Below the pieces are notes generated by a model, which had not been told where the DNA came from, did not search any database, and was given only the letters and a program-made list of their open reading frames with translations. A stretch of 64,000 nucleotides of DNA from assembly GCA_973895155.1 (NCBI GenBank), contig OZ316892.1, positions 25,195,233 to 25,259,232 of the forward strand. Direction: 5' to 3'. The position numbers were made by a program, and so were the translations under genes. The number at the start of each line of letters is the position of its first letter. The first letter of the stretch is position 1. The DNA is from Marsupella aquatica. Its lineage: Eukaryota; Plantae; Marchantiophyta. Shown piece by piece: positions 13,413 through 24,373 of the stretch.

Positions 13413-13917
13413 ACGAGAGGAGTAGTTTTTCTTCAACTTTTGAGCTCGAATTTGTAAAGAGCACATTTAAACAAAGCTGAACAGCCGTCAATCAGAACAG
13501 TAGCTTTTTTTCAACATTTGTGCTCTTGCCCAGCCTACCTATGAGACCAGTACGAATTTATAAAGAGCACATGTAACAAAGCTGAGAACATGCCAGGGTA
13601 TGGAGGGCGTCAATAAGAGCTGTAGCTCTTCTTCAACATTTATGCTCGAATTTGTAAAGAGCACTTTGTAACAAAGCTGAACCGCCGCCAATCAGAATCG
13701 TAGCTTTTCTTCACCATTTGTGCTCTCCCAGCTACCTACGAGACCAGTATAAGTTTGTAAAGAGCACATGTAAACAAAGCTGAGAAACACACGCCAGGGT
13801 AGGGAGGGCGTAAAGAGTACATGTAAACAAAGCTAAGAAACACACCCCTAGGTATGGAGGGCGTAGAGTGCACATGCAAACAAAGCTGAGAAATGCACCC
13901 CAACGTAGGGAGGGCGT
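13403..13917 (+). repeat. Higher-order tandem array beginning at the tRNA 3' end
   Basis: Units start with ACAGCCGTCAA-like sequence (13403, 13481, ~13603, 13681) and share gtag.t.tt.ttca.c.ttt and taaagagcac....acaaagctga. Pattern: A(78)-B(~125)-A-B, then two ~53-bp units ending ggagggcg. Confidence 0.9.
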
Positions 13918-14156
13918 TTTACAGAAATCGATGAATCCCCATCATTGTGAGTTTCGTTGCGAATGCACTGAAATGCTTTGGGAGTTATTTGTCCAGCATC
14001 AAGATTTCTCTGTAATCCGTGCTTTGATGACATAGCCCTTACAATAGGGAGGGCTTAAAGATGATTTGTTGTGCCGTGAGAAACGTGCCTTCACAAACGT
14101 CGGTACATTTAGTATTCGTGGATTTGGTCTAAGTTGGCTTGACATTAAACCACAAC

Positions 14157-14256
14157 GTCCTTCAAAAGCTACCGGTTACGTGTAGTTATCATTAAAAGTA
14201 GATTTTGTCCTTCAAAAGCTACCGGTTACGTGTAGTTACCATTAAAAGTAGATTTT
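14157..14256. repeat. 50-bp tandem duplication
   Basis: gtccttcaaaagctaccggttacgtgtagtta.cattaaaagtagatttt x2. Confidence 0.95.
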
Positions 14257-15041
14257 TCCTGAAATTGTGGAACAAAACTAGCATACTAGAGGAACAGTGA
14301 TTGAAATGTGAAAAAAGGGGGAGTACTTGGACACTTCCCCTTCTATAGGACAAGTTGTGATTTATTGGATTTGAGAAACAAACAAAACAAAAAGGCTTGT
14401 AGAATGTGCAAATGAGACTGATGTTGTTGGCATCATCATTGTCGTTGGAAAGCCAGTCACTGTACCTGAAATTGATTTGTGAAACAAACCAAAAAAAACA
14501 TCTTGCCCATTGTGGAATGAGACTACATAAAACCTTGGTAACGAAGTTCCATTTTTCAAACATAGAAATAGACGCGGATTTACGAATGGAAAATTGTGAT
14601 GGCTGTCCGTAAAGCATAACAGTGGGTTCGGCTGAGAGACCTGAGTAGGTGGCATTTTTCAATAATTCTCAAAACAATCGATGCTGGCAAGCGAACTGTA
14701 CAGCGTAGCTGCACAGAAGGCTCGTTACTAAGGCCACCTGCACCCTTCCAGCTCACCGCAACTAGCCAAATATCATTGTGGTACCCGTGTCCTTGGTAGT
14801 TTTGAGATGCTCATATGGTTTTAGCAGAATCTTACAAATACATACACTATGCTCGACATGCCCTGAGGATAAGATGATGCAAACCTGTGAGGAATCTTAT
14901 ATTTGACGTGCTTGTATTAAAACATGTATTGTCCTGCTATCCGAATCGCCTACGTACCGGAAGAGTTTTATTTGTGAAGAGCTTGTATTAAAACATAAGA
15001 GCCGTACTATCCCCACTGCCTACAGACCGCCTGCATGTCAC

Positions 15042-15115
15042 TGCAGTTGGTGAAGCACTGGGATCTTGGCATCTGACATGCAGTTGGTGAAGCACTGGGA
15101 TCTTGGCATCTGACA
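15042..15115. repeat. 37-bp perfect tandem duplication
   Basis: tgcagttggtgaagcactgggatcttggcatctgaca x2. Confidence 0.95.
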
Positions 15116-15717
15116 GCTGAGCACTACGCAATAACGTTTGCTTAGGGATCAAGACCTCTCTTCATTTGTGCTTGTGGGACCCCTGATCAAATGTTGGAAT
15201 CTAGAGTCCATGGATGACATTAATCAGGTGGAGCTCGCTTGTCCTCTTCAACACTCCGTACTCCACTTCGGGAAATTACACAAGCTGGAAGAGATGGAGA
15301 CTTCAGTAAGAACGCATGCCCTTGACCAGCACTCCAATAAAGAGTCATCCTATTGGTGGCAGAAAGGATCGACTGTGCAATTCCATTACATGTTTTTTCT
15401 ACTCTCTTGAAGGACGAAGGAAGATCTGAGTTATTGAGAGCCGGATGATAGGGGAAAGTCATGCTGTTGGGGCACGGGGGAGGAATCTAGAGGCTCGAAC
15501 AGAAACACTCCAGCTATAAACGGAGATACATCGCGGCACACAAATCCTAGGAATCGACCGGGACGGCGCTACTGCTTTTGAGCAAGTAAGCAGAATAATA
15601 TCCAGTTACCCAATATATTGCACCACATACGACCACGAACCAGACACTTTCACAGAACAAGGGATATGGTACAACCACGTTTTCATGATAAGTAGAAGCA
15701 ATTGACGTAGTTACATT

Positions 15718-17186
15718 CTATTCTTGCTTAGAGTCAACCTTTGGTTGAGCTGCAGCTTTGGGGGTTACCTCCTCTCGCGGCAACGTGAAAATGTCCTTCA
15801 AGTTGATCCAAGCGAGTGAGCAAACAACGACTAGTGCAAACATGGGCTGTGCAAACACGTCTTCTCTTCTACCTCCTTCTATGAAGATGAACCAGAGCAC
15901 AAGAAGGACCCCCCAAAAACTAATCTTGTTGGGTCCAGCCACAGACAGCAAAGCCCCAAGCAAACAAATTACACACGCGCCTACAAACTCCCAGCTCACA
16001 CCATAAGGGTTGTTTGCTTCAAACATAGACAGTAAGTTTGGGATCAATGACACAGAGACGGACCCTGCTGCCCTCTCATTTTCTAAAATGTCCGCTGTGA
16101 GATTCCATCGTGAGAGAATACCGTCCCATTCAGGCAGTCGAAACGATTGAGGTTCGTCACTCATGAGTACTTCAGCATTCAACATCAGAGAAGCCGGATA
16201 AAGCATAGCTTTGGTCCAATCTTCAGGCATCATTTGCTTGGTATAACCATATGTGGCAACCACGTCGAGAGGACTGAAGCAAGTTCCTTTCTGGCATGGA
16301 ACACTGCAATCACCATCGAAATATTCATTGAGATATCAGCATCATCGGAGAGCACAAAAAATGAGGATGAGAGGAATTCGAGAGACTAGGGCTTGCAGAA
16401 ACACCATCTAGTGAATGATCTGCCGCAGGAAATTCCCCCACCCTACAATGCTTGAAATGTGGACAAAAACAAAGAAAGCTTCTGTAGTGCTTGGACATAC
16501 GAGCAATTCCTCTATGTTAGAGTGCAACCACAGAGGTTTCCAGGAATTTTGCCATCAGTCCGGTCAACACTTGCACAGTAGATACATACGTGGAATCCAC
16601 AACGTAACAGCTAAAGTATCAGTCGATCTAGAGTGTTCAAAGTCGGAGATTCTGGCGATCATCCTTGGTCAACATTATGTTCAGGATGGACGGTAGGGTA
16701 TTCATGCACGAATGCACTATAAGACGCCGACAGGAGGCCAGACCCACCAGTCCAGTTGAGGCAGTACTCGGAAACAACTAGTTGGACCCTCAACCTGGTC
16801 TAAGAGCTCCAGACACCGAAAGAAATAAAAAGAAAAAAGACAGAAGAAAGAAGGAAACAAAGAAAAAAAAACAGTATGAAGTATTCCTTTACATAATAAC
16901 CCTCATGAGTACAAAAACTTTATGACCATGGTTTAGGCGGGCGGACATATTCCTTTACATAATAACCCTCATGAGTGAAAAAACTTTCTGACCAAGGTTT
17001 AGGCGGGCGGACAGGGAAGAGATTGGAAGACGGGATTGTAAGAACGGAGACTCACTTGAAAACTGGAAAGCCGAGCAGCATAAGAAGGCAGTAGAACTGT
17101 GAGGCTCTCTGCTTCCATCCCCACCCGGAACTTGCAGCAGGGACGACGGCGGGGGTTGGAGCAGGGGCGACTGCAACTTTGGGCAT
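15718..17186 (-). CDS. Conserved plant multi-pass membrane protein, 238 aa, 2 exons (17186-17056, 16303-15718); from memory resembles the At5g52420/At5g23920 family
   Basis: MPKVAVAPAPTP...LLMLLGFPVFN joins via AA|GTGAGT...TTGCAG|T to VPCQKGTCFSPLDV...KAMLYPA...; the frame is continuous (717 nt). Several TM helices and a C-terminal KVDSKQE. The family name is recalled, not searched. Confidence 0.85.
16882..17013. repeat. 66-bp tandem duplication within intron
   Basis: tattcctttacataataaccctcatgagt...ggtttaggcgggcggaca at 16882 and 16948. Confidence 0.95.
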
Positions 17187-18090
17187 GATTTCAGAAACAC
17201 CCACTCAAAAGAAAACTCCAGTTGAGTCAGCCGAAGGGGAACCCTGCCGATCTGTCTCCAAAAGTCTCAGTCTTGCCTCCACCTCCAAAATACAATAAAA
17301 TGGCTTCCAAAACTGCTGCCTCTCACATCAATTGACTGATCTTCCTTTGCCGACACACGGATCCCACCGAGTACTCTCCTTGAAATTCAATTCGTCTCCT
17401 ATTGCACCAAGTAACCTCCACCCTGAGACCAAACGCGTTCTCCCTCTTCCGCTGGCTGAGTCTACTTCTGCTAGAAAGCGAGAATCAATGAGCAACTCTC
17501 CTTCACCTCTTTAAAGAGCGACTCCCCCTCTATCAATGTCCAACTCGCTCGTCACCCTCGGTGGGTATGTTGCTCAGGGAACCGACAGAAAGGGAATGAG
17601 ACAAGAGAACAACGACGTCGGCAACAGCAACAGCAAGCCGCAGCTCGGAAAGCCTTCTTCTGAATACCCTACAGTAAGCGAACCACCGGCAGCAGTCAGC
17701 ACACAGAGCCGAGTTCAGAGGCGACCTGCAAACTTTCTTATCACTTGTTCGATTTAATAACGACCCAGAGACGGAATCCAGCAACGAGCAGAAATCAGCA
17801 AGCAGAGCAGAATTCAGATTCTACCAACGATTTCTCTTGTGACACTTTTTCATACTGATGAGATCGACCGACCAGGGGATGAGACTCTGGTCACCGGCAG
17901 AAACGAGCAAGTGGAGCAGAATTCTCAGTTGTTACCTGCAAACCTTTCAGGTGACTTGTGCGATCAAACGACCCACCAGAGATCGGATTCCGGAGTCCAG
18001 TCGGGTCTTGAGAAGGGCCAGTGCGCAAGAGGAATGAGGGCAGAGCGGAGTCGTCGGCGGTCATGAGGTCAAGTCAAGCACCACCATCCT

Positions 18091-18092
<2 letters not shown>

Positions 18093-18124
<32 letters not shown>
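18093..18124. repeat. (AT)16 microsatellite
   Basis: Direct reading. Confidence 0.99.
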
Positions 18125-18127
<3 letters not shown>

Positions 18128-18391
18128 ACTGCCCAAGGGCAGAAAATCCCGAACCGGGACACATGATCTCAAAGGAAAAGCAACGGAAAAGCAACCCAAT
18201 GAAGGGTAGTAAACAAAAAACCTAACCGGGAGACATGATCCAAAGGCAAAGCAACACAATTTTTGGGAGGAAAAGACGAGAAAGGGCCCCAAGAAAAATT
18301 AGTTAGTGTACCCCTTCCAAAGGCAAAGCAACCCAATTTTGGGGAGAAAAAGACTAGAAAGGGCCCCAAGAAAAATTAGTTAGTGTACCCC
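18125..18391 (-). mobile_element. 5'-truncated 3' end of the CRE-like retrotransposon family, with an internal 77-bp duplication
   Basis: tgcccaagggcagaaaa...aaagcaacccaat...gggccccaagaa aligns with 34189 onward and abuts (AT)16. 18241-18314 is repeated at 18318-18391. Confidence 0.7.
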
Positions 18392-19957
18392 TGCTACACT
18401 TTTTAGGCCTTGTTTGAGTAAAATTAATATATGTAATATTAGCTTAAAGTCAAGTTGTGAGAGGCTATTATGGTCCAAAATGCTCTGGCATCACAGATTA
18501 TTATGATGAGATAGTTTGACCTCGGTAAAATGGCAACATGGATAAGTGAAAACCAGGCATAATACTTATACTCAGGGCCATCTTGCATGTAGAAAGTCCT
18601 GGAAAAATAGGCTGTTACCACTCCTACACTTTTAGTAAAAAGTGCATAGCAAATCTTCATAGAATGAACTAAGAAAAGACCTGTTTCATTTATTTGATTA
18701 GAAATTTAAAGGTTGGGATGTGAAAGGCCAGAAACTTTCCTGCCCTTGCCCCTGAATATGCTGCCATCAGGCTGCCTTAGGACGGGGTTGAGACATGAAT
18801 GTCTAGGTCACTCATAGAGTGTCATCAGTTTATTTAAGGCCCCAAATTTTCAGGACCCTCTACATGCAAGGCGGCCTTAAACCACAACTATGTCGATAAA
18901 AGACCTTTTGGTTCACTGTACAAAATTCTAAGGAAAAATGGGAAGAGGGTGGAAAATATATACACATTTTTAAATGGAAAAAACAAAGTCATATATCTAT
19001 CTCGTCCATGATAAGTATCATAAATGACCTGTGAAAATGGACGGGTGAGATTTCTAGATGCAAAATGAAATGGATGGCCAAGAAAGAAGGATTTCAATTT
19101 GATCTTGGCCATCCATTTTGTGGAATTCAAAATCCTGAAACAAAAATGGATGGTCAGGAGTTCGAATTCATCAATAAGATGGAAGAGAGTGCTTTTGCTT
19201 TCTTCTTACTAAATATTCCATTGTTTTGGATGCAACCTTTACCAGCAGTAGATCTCAGATCTTGGAGGCCGGGACCTTTCTATGGGGCCCTTGATCGCAT
19301 GGAATGGTGGAGAGAAGTTAAAGGGACGAGGAGTTAAAGGGACCAGTGAAAATCTGACTGATGTGGGGTGGTGCACTCACTGATGGTTGTGCATTCAAAG
19401 GGGGAAGAAAAATATAGAAATGAGGACTCCGGGTAACCAGAAGGTTTCTGGAGGCTCTTATAACCCAACACATGGCTTAAAGTGGCAGAAACCAGATGAG
19501 TCAACCGGCATTTTGATTCAAGATCAGGTTGAGTTACTGCTGTATATCTACATCAACTACCATAGTGCCATCTAGGTTTGTTCAGGACCTCTTCCAAATA
19601 AAAATTATTCATTACTCCACTAAATCATGCAACATCCAATCTTTCCCCTGTAAGAAAGGTTAAGGTCCTGTAAAGTGGCCCTAAGTTTGCTTAAATCAAA
19701 GTCTCAAATCTCCCTAAAGGCAAAAACCTAACTCACTCGGTGGGATGGCCTGTGAGTTATAAATTGTACTAAACCATTGCGCATCCACTCTACTCATGAC
19801 TTTATCCAGTAGCAAAAACACAAAGCTAAATTCAAGAAAGTGCTGAGCCACCTTGCATGTCGATCCTCTAAAAGTGACCTGATGTTCTAACCTGGCAACT
19901 GCTTATGCAAATTCAGGGTTCCTTGTCCTTAATTGAAAAGAAGGATAGGGAAATATA

Positions 19958-20218
19958 ACAGTGCCAAAGGGCAAAAATGCAGAACCAGAGAGACAGGGTC
20001 CCAATGGCAAAGCAGCCCAATAAAGGGGGCAAAAAGGAAGGAGAAAAGGCCCCAAGAAGACCAAATAGGCCAACAAGCCAAGGAGTCTCTCACAACAACA
20101 GAGGAACAAAGACAAAAAAACAAAAACCAAAAACCTACAAAGAAACAGAGAAGACTTAACCCAACTGGGTGGACAACTGGAAAGCCTGATAGAACTCCAG
20201 AGTAAACAGCATAGGATA
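19958..20218 (-). mobile_element. 5'-truncated 3' end of the CRE-like retrotransposon family
   Basis: gtgccaaagggc...cccaataaaggg...ggccccaagaaga...gaagact.aa...gaaagc.tg...aga.ctcc.gagtaaac..catagga is collinear with 34189-34461 and is preceded by atata. Confidence 0.8.
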
Positions 20219-20335
20219 TGGAAAGGACTGAACTCCATTTATTACTTTCTTTCAGAATTTTTATTGCATGTATTTGGAGTCCTTGCACAATTTGGAGTGA
20301 TAGCACAATTTGGAGTCATTTCAAGAGTCTTTCAT

Positions 20336-20517
20336 AAATATTCTTCCGCAAAGGAGAGCTACTTGCACTATTCCTCATTGCAAGGGTCTTCTGTAAATAT
20401 TCTTCCACAAGGAAAGCTACTTGCACTATTCCTCATTGCAAGAATCTTTTGTAGATATGCCTCTACACATGGAGAGCTTCTTGCACTATTAGTCAATGCA
20501 AGGATCTTTTGGAAATA
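20336..20517. repeat. ~59-bp tandem repeat x3; a related 21-bp x3 repeat lies at 21102-21163
   Basis: The unit aaatattcttcc.caa.gga.agctacttgcactattcctcattgcaag repeats. The 21-bp unit tacttgcactactggtctttg shares the tacttgcacta core. Confidence 0.85.
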
Positions 20518-20923
20518 CTAGCCTCACAGTTCTTTGAATGTAATTATAGGTAGTTGCCCTTTCACCAATCAGAGTGATTCCTCACAGGATGAATCAATTT
20601 CAGAGACTCACCCCATTTTTCATCCAGATCCCCAACTTCAATCATGGTCTAGAGGCTTCACGCCAGACCCAACTTCCAACTTCAGTTCCACCAAAGTCAC
20701 TCTCTAGAGGCTTTACTCCAGACCCAACTTCAGTTCCGCCAGAGTCACTCTCTAGAGGCTTCACTCTAGACATTAAGCCCATAATCCCCATTTTTCATAC
20801 ACACCCCCAACTTGAGTTCTGTCTCTCTGTGGAGGAGGCTTCACTCTAGAAGTAAAGCCCAGCCAGAGTCTATGTCTAGAGGCTTCATGCTAGAATACTA
20901 GCCGTGCAGACTTTACCAATAGA
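20518..20923 (-). mobile_element. Mini-Helitron-like element, copy 2, with amplified internal palindromes
   Basis: Minus strand reads A|TCTATTGGTAAAG ... attc-aaa-gaac-tgtgagg-CTAG|T, i.e. an A/T insertion site. At least five TCTAGAGGCTTCACTCTAGA-like units lie between 20648 and 20894. Confidence 0.65.
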
Positions 20924-21366
20924 TAGTTCGATTCTTTCACACAAAACAATCACCGTCTAGAGGCTTAATTAACTCTAGATGGTGGACTCTAGCTGTCCAT
21001 GGCAATTATATGGTTCAATTCTTGCGCACAATGAGAGCACTCGTTCAAAAGAAACTTCTACTGTACTTGCTCAAATGGTCATTGCAAGAATCCACTAGTT
21101 CTACTTGCACTACTGGTCTTTGTACTTGCACTACTGGTCTTTGTACTTGCACTACTGGTCTGTGCAAGAATCGTTTGTTGATATTGTTTCACACAATTAG
21201 AAGCACTCATTCAACGGAATGGAGGTGACTGGACGACCATTTTTCTCATGGCCTCACACATGCCAGAGCAACAGCAAAGTGGGATTTACAGCAACATGGG
21301 CAATGTCAGCTCCTCACATATACAAGACGAATAGCAAAGGAGGAAGGAGAGCAACCATGAGCAGTA

Positions 21367-23134
21367 TCAGCTCACTGGTGTCAGGAGAGGTAGGCCTGCA
21401 AAGTGAGCTTCCAAATTGGCTGCAACCATGTTGGCCATGGCCTGATGGGTTTCCTCGGTGGCACTCGCAACATGGGGTTGCACAACACAATTGTCAAGCT
21501 TGAGCAACTCCTCAGATACTACCGGCTCATTCTCAAACACATCCAGACCTGCTCCTGCGATTCGGCCCTCTTTCAATGCCTTCACAAGCTCAGCTTCGTC
21601 GATCACTGGGCCTCGAGACACATTGACCACAAAACCCTGCGGCCCCAGCGCATCCAGCACTTTTCGGTCGATGATCTTCGTCGTGGCTTCCGTCAAAGCG
21701 CATGCTGCAATGAGAATGTCGCAATTCTTGGCAAGATTTACAACGTTGTCGTAGTGCTCATAGTTCGGGTGGTGTGGCTTTGGTGATCTGCTCCAATACC
21801 CTATTGTGCATCCGAAGCAGGCCATCCTCCTCGCAATGGCAGCTCCGATGTGCCCTAGGCCGACGATCCCAACGTGCTTGTTAGAAAGCTGGGATCATGA
21901 TTGCGAAACAGAAGCACAAATTCAGGTAAGAATACGAAACTTCCTCTGACTCGGTTCTAGTGACGGCAAAGTACGACGAAGTAATAGCTCAGAAGCTTCA
22001 TCAGAGCAGAGACAGTCGTTCATTGCATGGAGAGCCTTCTCTTCGAAATTCCATGTGGTTTATGTGGTTTTTGCCGTAGAAAACCTATTTCCCGCATATA
22101 TTCCCAAAAAATCCAATCACGGCAAGGGCAAAAGTAAATGAAAATCTCAGAGCCTCCGTCTCAACAGAGACACTTTCGTCTGGAGAATGTCCTTCCTAAA
22201 AATACATTAGCGTCATTCTCGCCCCCGTAAGACTTATTTTAGTAGGAGAACAGAAAATGTACATGAGTGTGCGTTGCCCGTTCATAAAAGCTGAACTGGA
22301 TATGCATGAGTGTGCGTTGCCCGTTCATAAAAGTATCGAGAGATTGCCTCGTCACGGTGAACGTCGGAAATAAGAAATGCTTCTCAAGCTCGACTCTCGC
22401 AGATCGCCGTCCCTAATTTCCAATTTCCGTTCCCAGTTTAAACGTTCCCATTGCAGTCCTAACCTTATATTTCAAAGTTCGAGGTTTCAAATTTTAAATT
22501 CCCTACTTTGGACACCTAATTCAAGTTCAACTTAATCTGTACTTCTCTCAAACTGGATCGGTACGGTTGGCTCAATTCGATTCAATGGATTCGACTCTAT
22601 CCATCAAAATTGTGTACTTACAGCAGATAAGAACGTCTGGCGTTCAAGTCTAGCACAGACAGACACGAACGAATCCTACATTAAACAATGAAAGTCATAT
22701 ACCTGCCTTGTGAGACGGAAGCTACCACCAGCAGCCCATTCCCCATCGCGAACGAACCGATCGGCAGCAACGATTTTACGCAACGTTGAGAGAGCCAAAC
22801 CGACCGCCAATTCCGCTGCAGAATCCGCATGCACGCTGCCTGTATTCGTGAGAAGCACCCCCCTGGCCTTCAGGAGGGCTTTGTCCACGTTGTCCGTCCC
22901 TGCGCTGAATGCGGATACTATCTCCAGGTTCGGGAGCTTGCTAATTATAGTGTCGTCAATGGGCAACCACGAGCAGCCGGCGACGACCAAGCCCCGGAAC
23001 GAGGGCCCATGCTCTGCCAGGAAGGCGTCTTTGTCGGCATGCTCCCAGAGCGAGCAGCGGTCAAACTTCGCACTCAGATCCATCGTAAGCGCGGGCGATA
23101 CCTCGATCAGTTCGAGCACTTTGGCCTTCGACAT
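21367..23134 (-). CDS. HPPR: D-isomer-specific 2-hydroxyacid dehydrogenase, HPPR/HPR2-like (hydroxyphenylpyruvate / glyoxylate-hydroxypyruvate reductase), 317 aa, 2 exons (23134-22703, 21888-21367)
   Basis: LPNLEIVSAFSAGTDNVD, Rossmann VGIVGLGHIG, NVSRG, AGLDVFENEP and PHVAS (catalytic Arg/Glu/His), ending AHFAGLPLLTPV. Canonical CAG|GTAT...CCCAG| intron. Confidence 0.93.
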
Positions 23135-24373
23135 TCTTCCGGCTTCAGCTCGTGCATTCGACGAGAGACGAGATACAGCAGTTTCAAGTAGACGTGTTAT
23201 TTGTTCGACTGTCAACAATTTAGTGGCGAAACTGGACTCGAAACATTCAGCTCGGAAATCTATACTGGACACATTCACGTCGGAAATTTATTTTGGAAAC
23301 ATTTGTGAAGGTGCCTTAGGTGGTTGAGTAAGGAGCACTCAAGCTCTCGATCTCAGAAGGCCCCCAAATGTGACTTAGTGATTTTTTGTTCCAAAGTGAC
23401 AGTCTTGGACATGATTGAGCTCTAATAGTAAGTTAGTCTTAGCGATTATTTCGTTCACCGTGTGTCCTTCCGTCGCTGTCAACTGACATATCGATTACAT
23501 TTTGATGGAAACCTAGATGCAATTGCTGTTTCAGTTAGGTGAAGTGAGAGGCTTGTGGGCATTCTGACAAGTCTTAGGAGGTGTGCTTTTACTAGCATTG
23601 ACAGATCAGATTCTTGCTAGGAAGTTCATTTTTCCGTCCTGCATCGGTTATTCTTCTGGAATTGCCAGGGTCAACCATCCTGGACTTTTAGCTTGACGGT
23701 CGTGTTTCAAAACACCCTTTTCGGGGCAGGAAAGGAGTTTTGAAAATGTGGGGCAGAGAGTATTCATTTTGATTTCGACAATTCATACTGATCCAACAGG
23801 CGCAGGGACACAACTACTTGATGACCATGTTTTGTTACTCAACTCATTCCCACGACTGTAACAATGGCTCTTTGGTTTTATTATTCAATCCACAGGAGCC
23901 CGTGACTACTTGCCTTGTTTTATTTCATTACGAGGCCCAGCAGTCATGCCCTCAGTGTATAGATAGTGACAAAAGAGCACAACCTAGTTTAGCGACTGTC
24001 CAAACACTGCTCCGACTGAGTCTGATCGTCTCCAATAATGATACTACACAAGAATTTCAAGGACGAATTGTCAAGGTGCATAAAATGTGAAGGAGAACCA
24101 CTTAGATATAACCCGAATCCCAGAAAAGAAGGCAGGAAATATAGCAACCTCTTTGAACCCCAACACTACGAGGCCAAGAACCTGCTTTACTACCGCTGCA
24201 CACAAAGCTGTAAGATTGCAGTGGTGCAGGACGAATGCAGGCTTCCACTGATTTTTCATCAAACTTTTAAGAACTGCAGTCCGCTTCTCTAGTCAGTCTG
24301 ACACAATTTTCGCCCTTTCGAAAGCCCTACTGCGTGAACAGTCGGAACCAACCAGTCAACACCTGCGTCATGC

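Noticed and set aside
13403-13917. CRISPR-like repeat-spacer array
   Set aside because: The 'spacers' are themselves homologous, the context is eukaryotic and there are no cas genes.
23135-23278. ORF-track extension of the HPPR-like gene from GTG
   Set aside because: Family-like sequence and length begin at the ATG at 23134.
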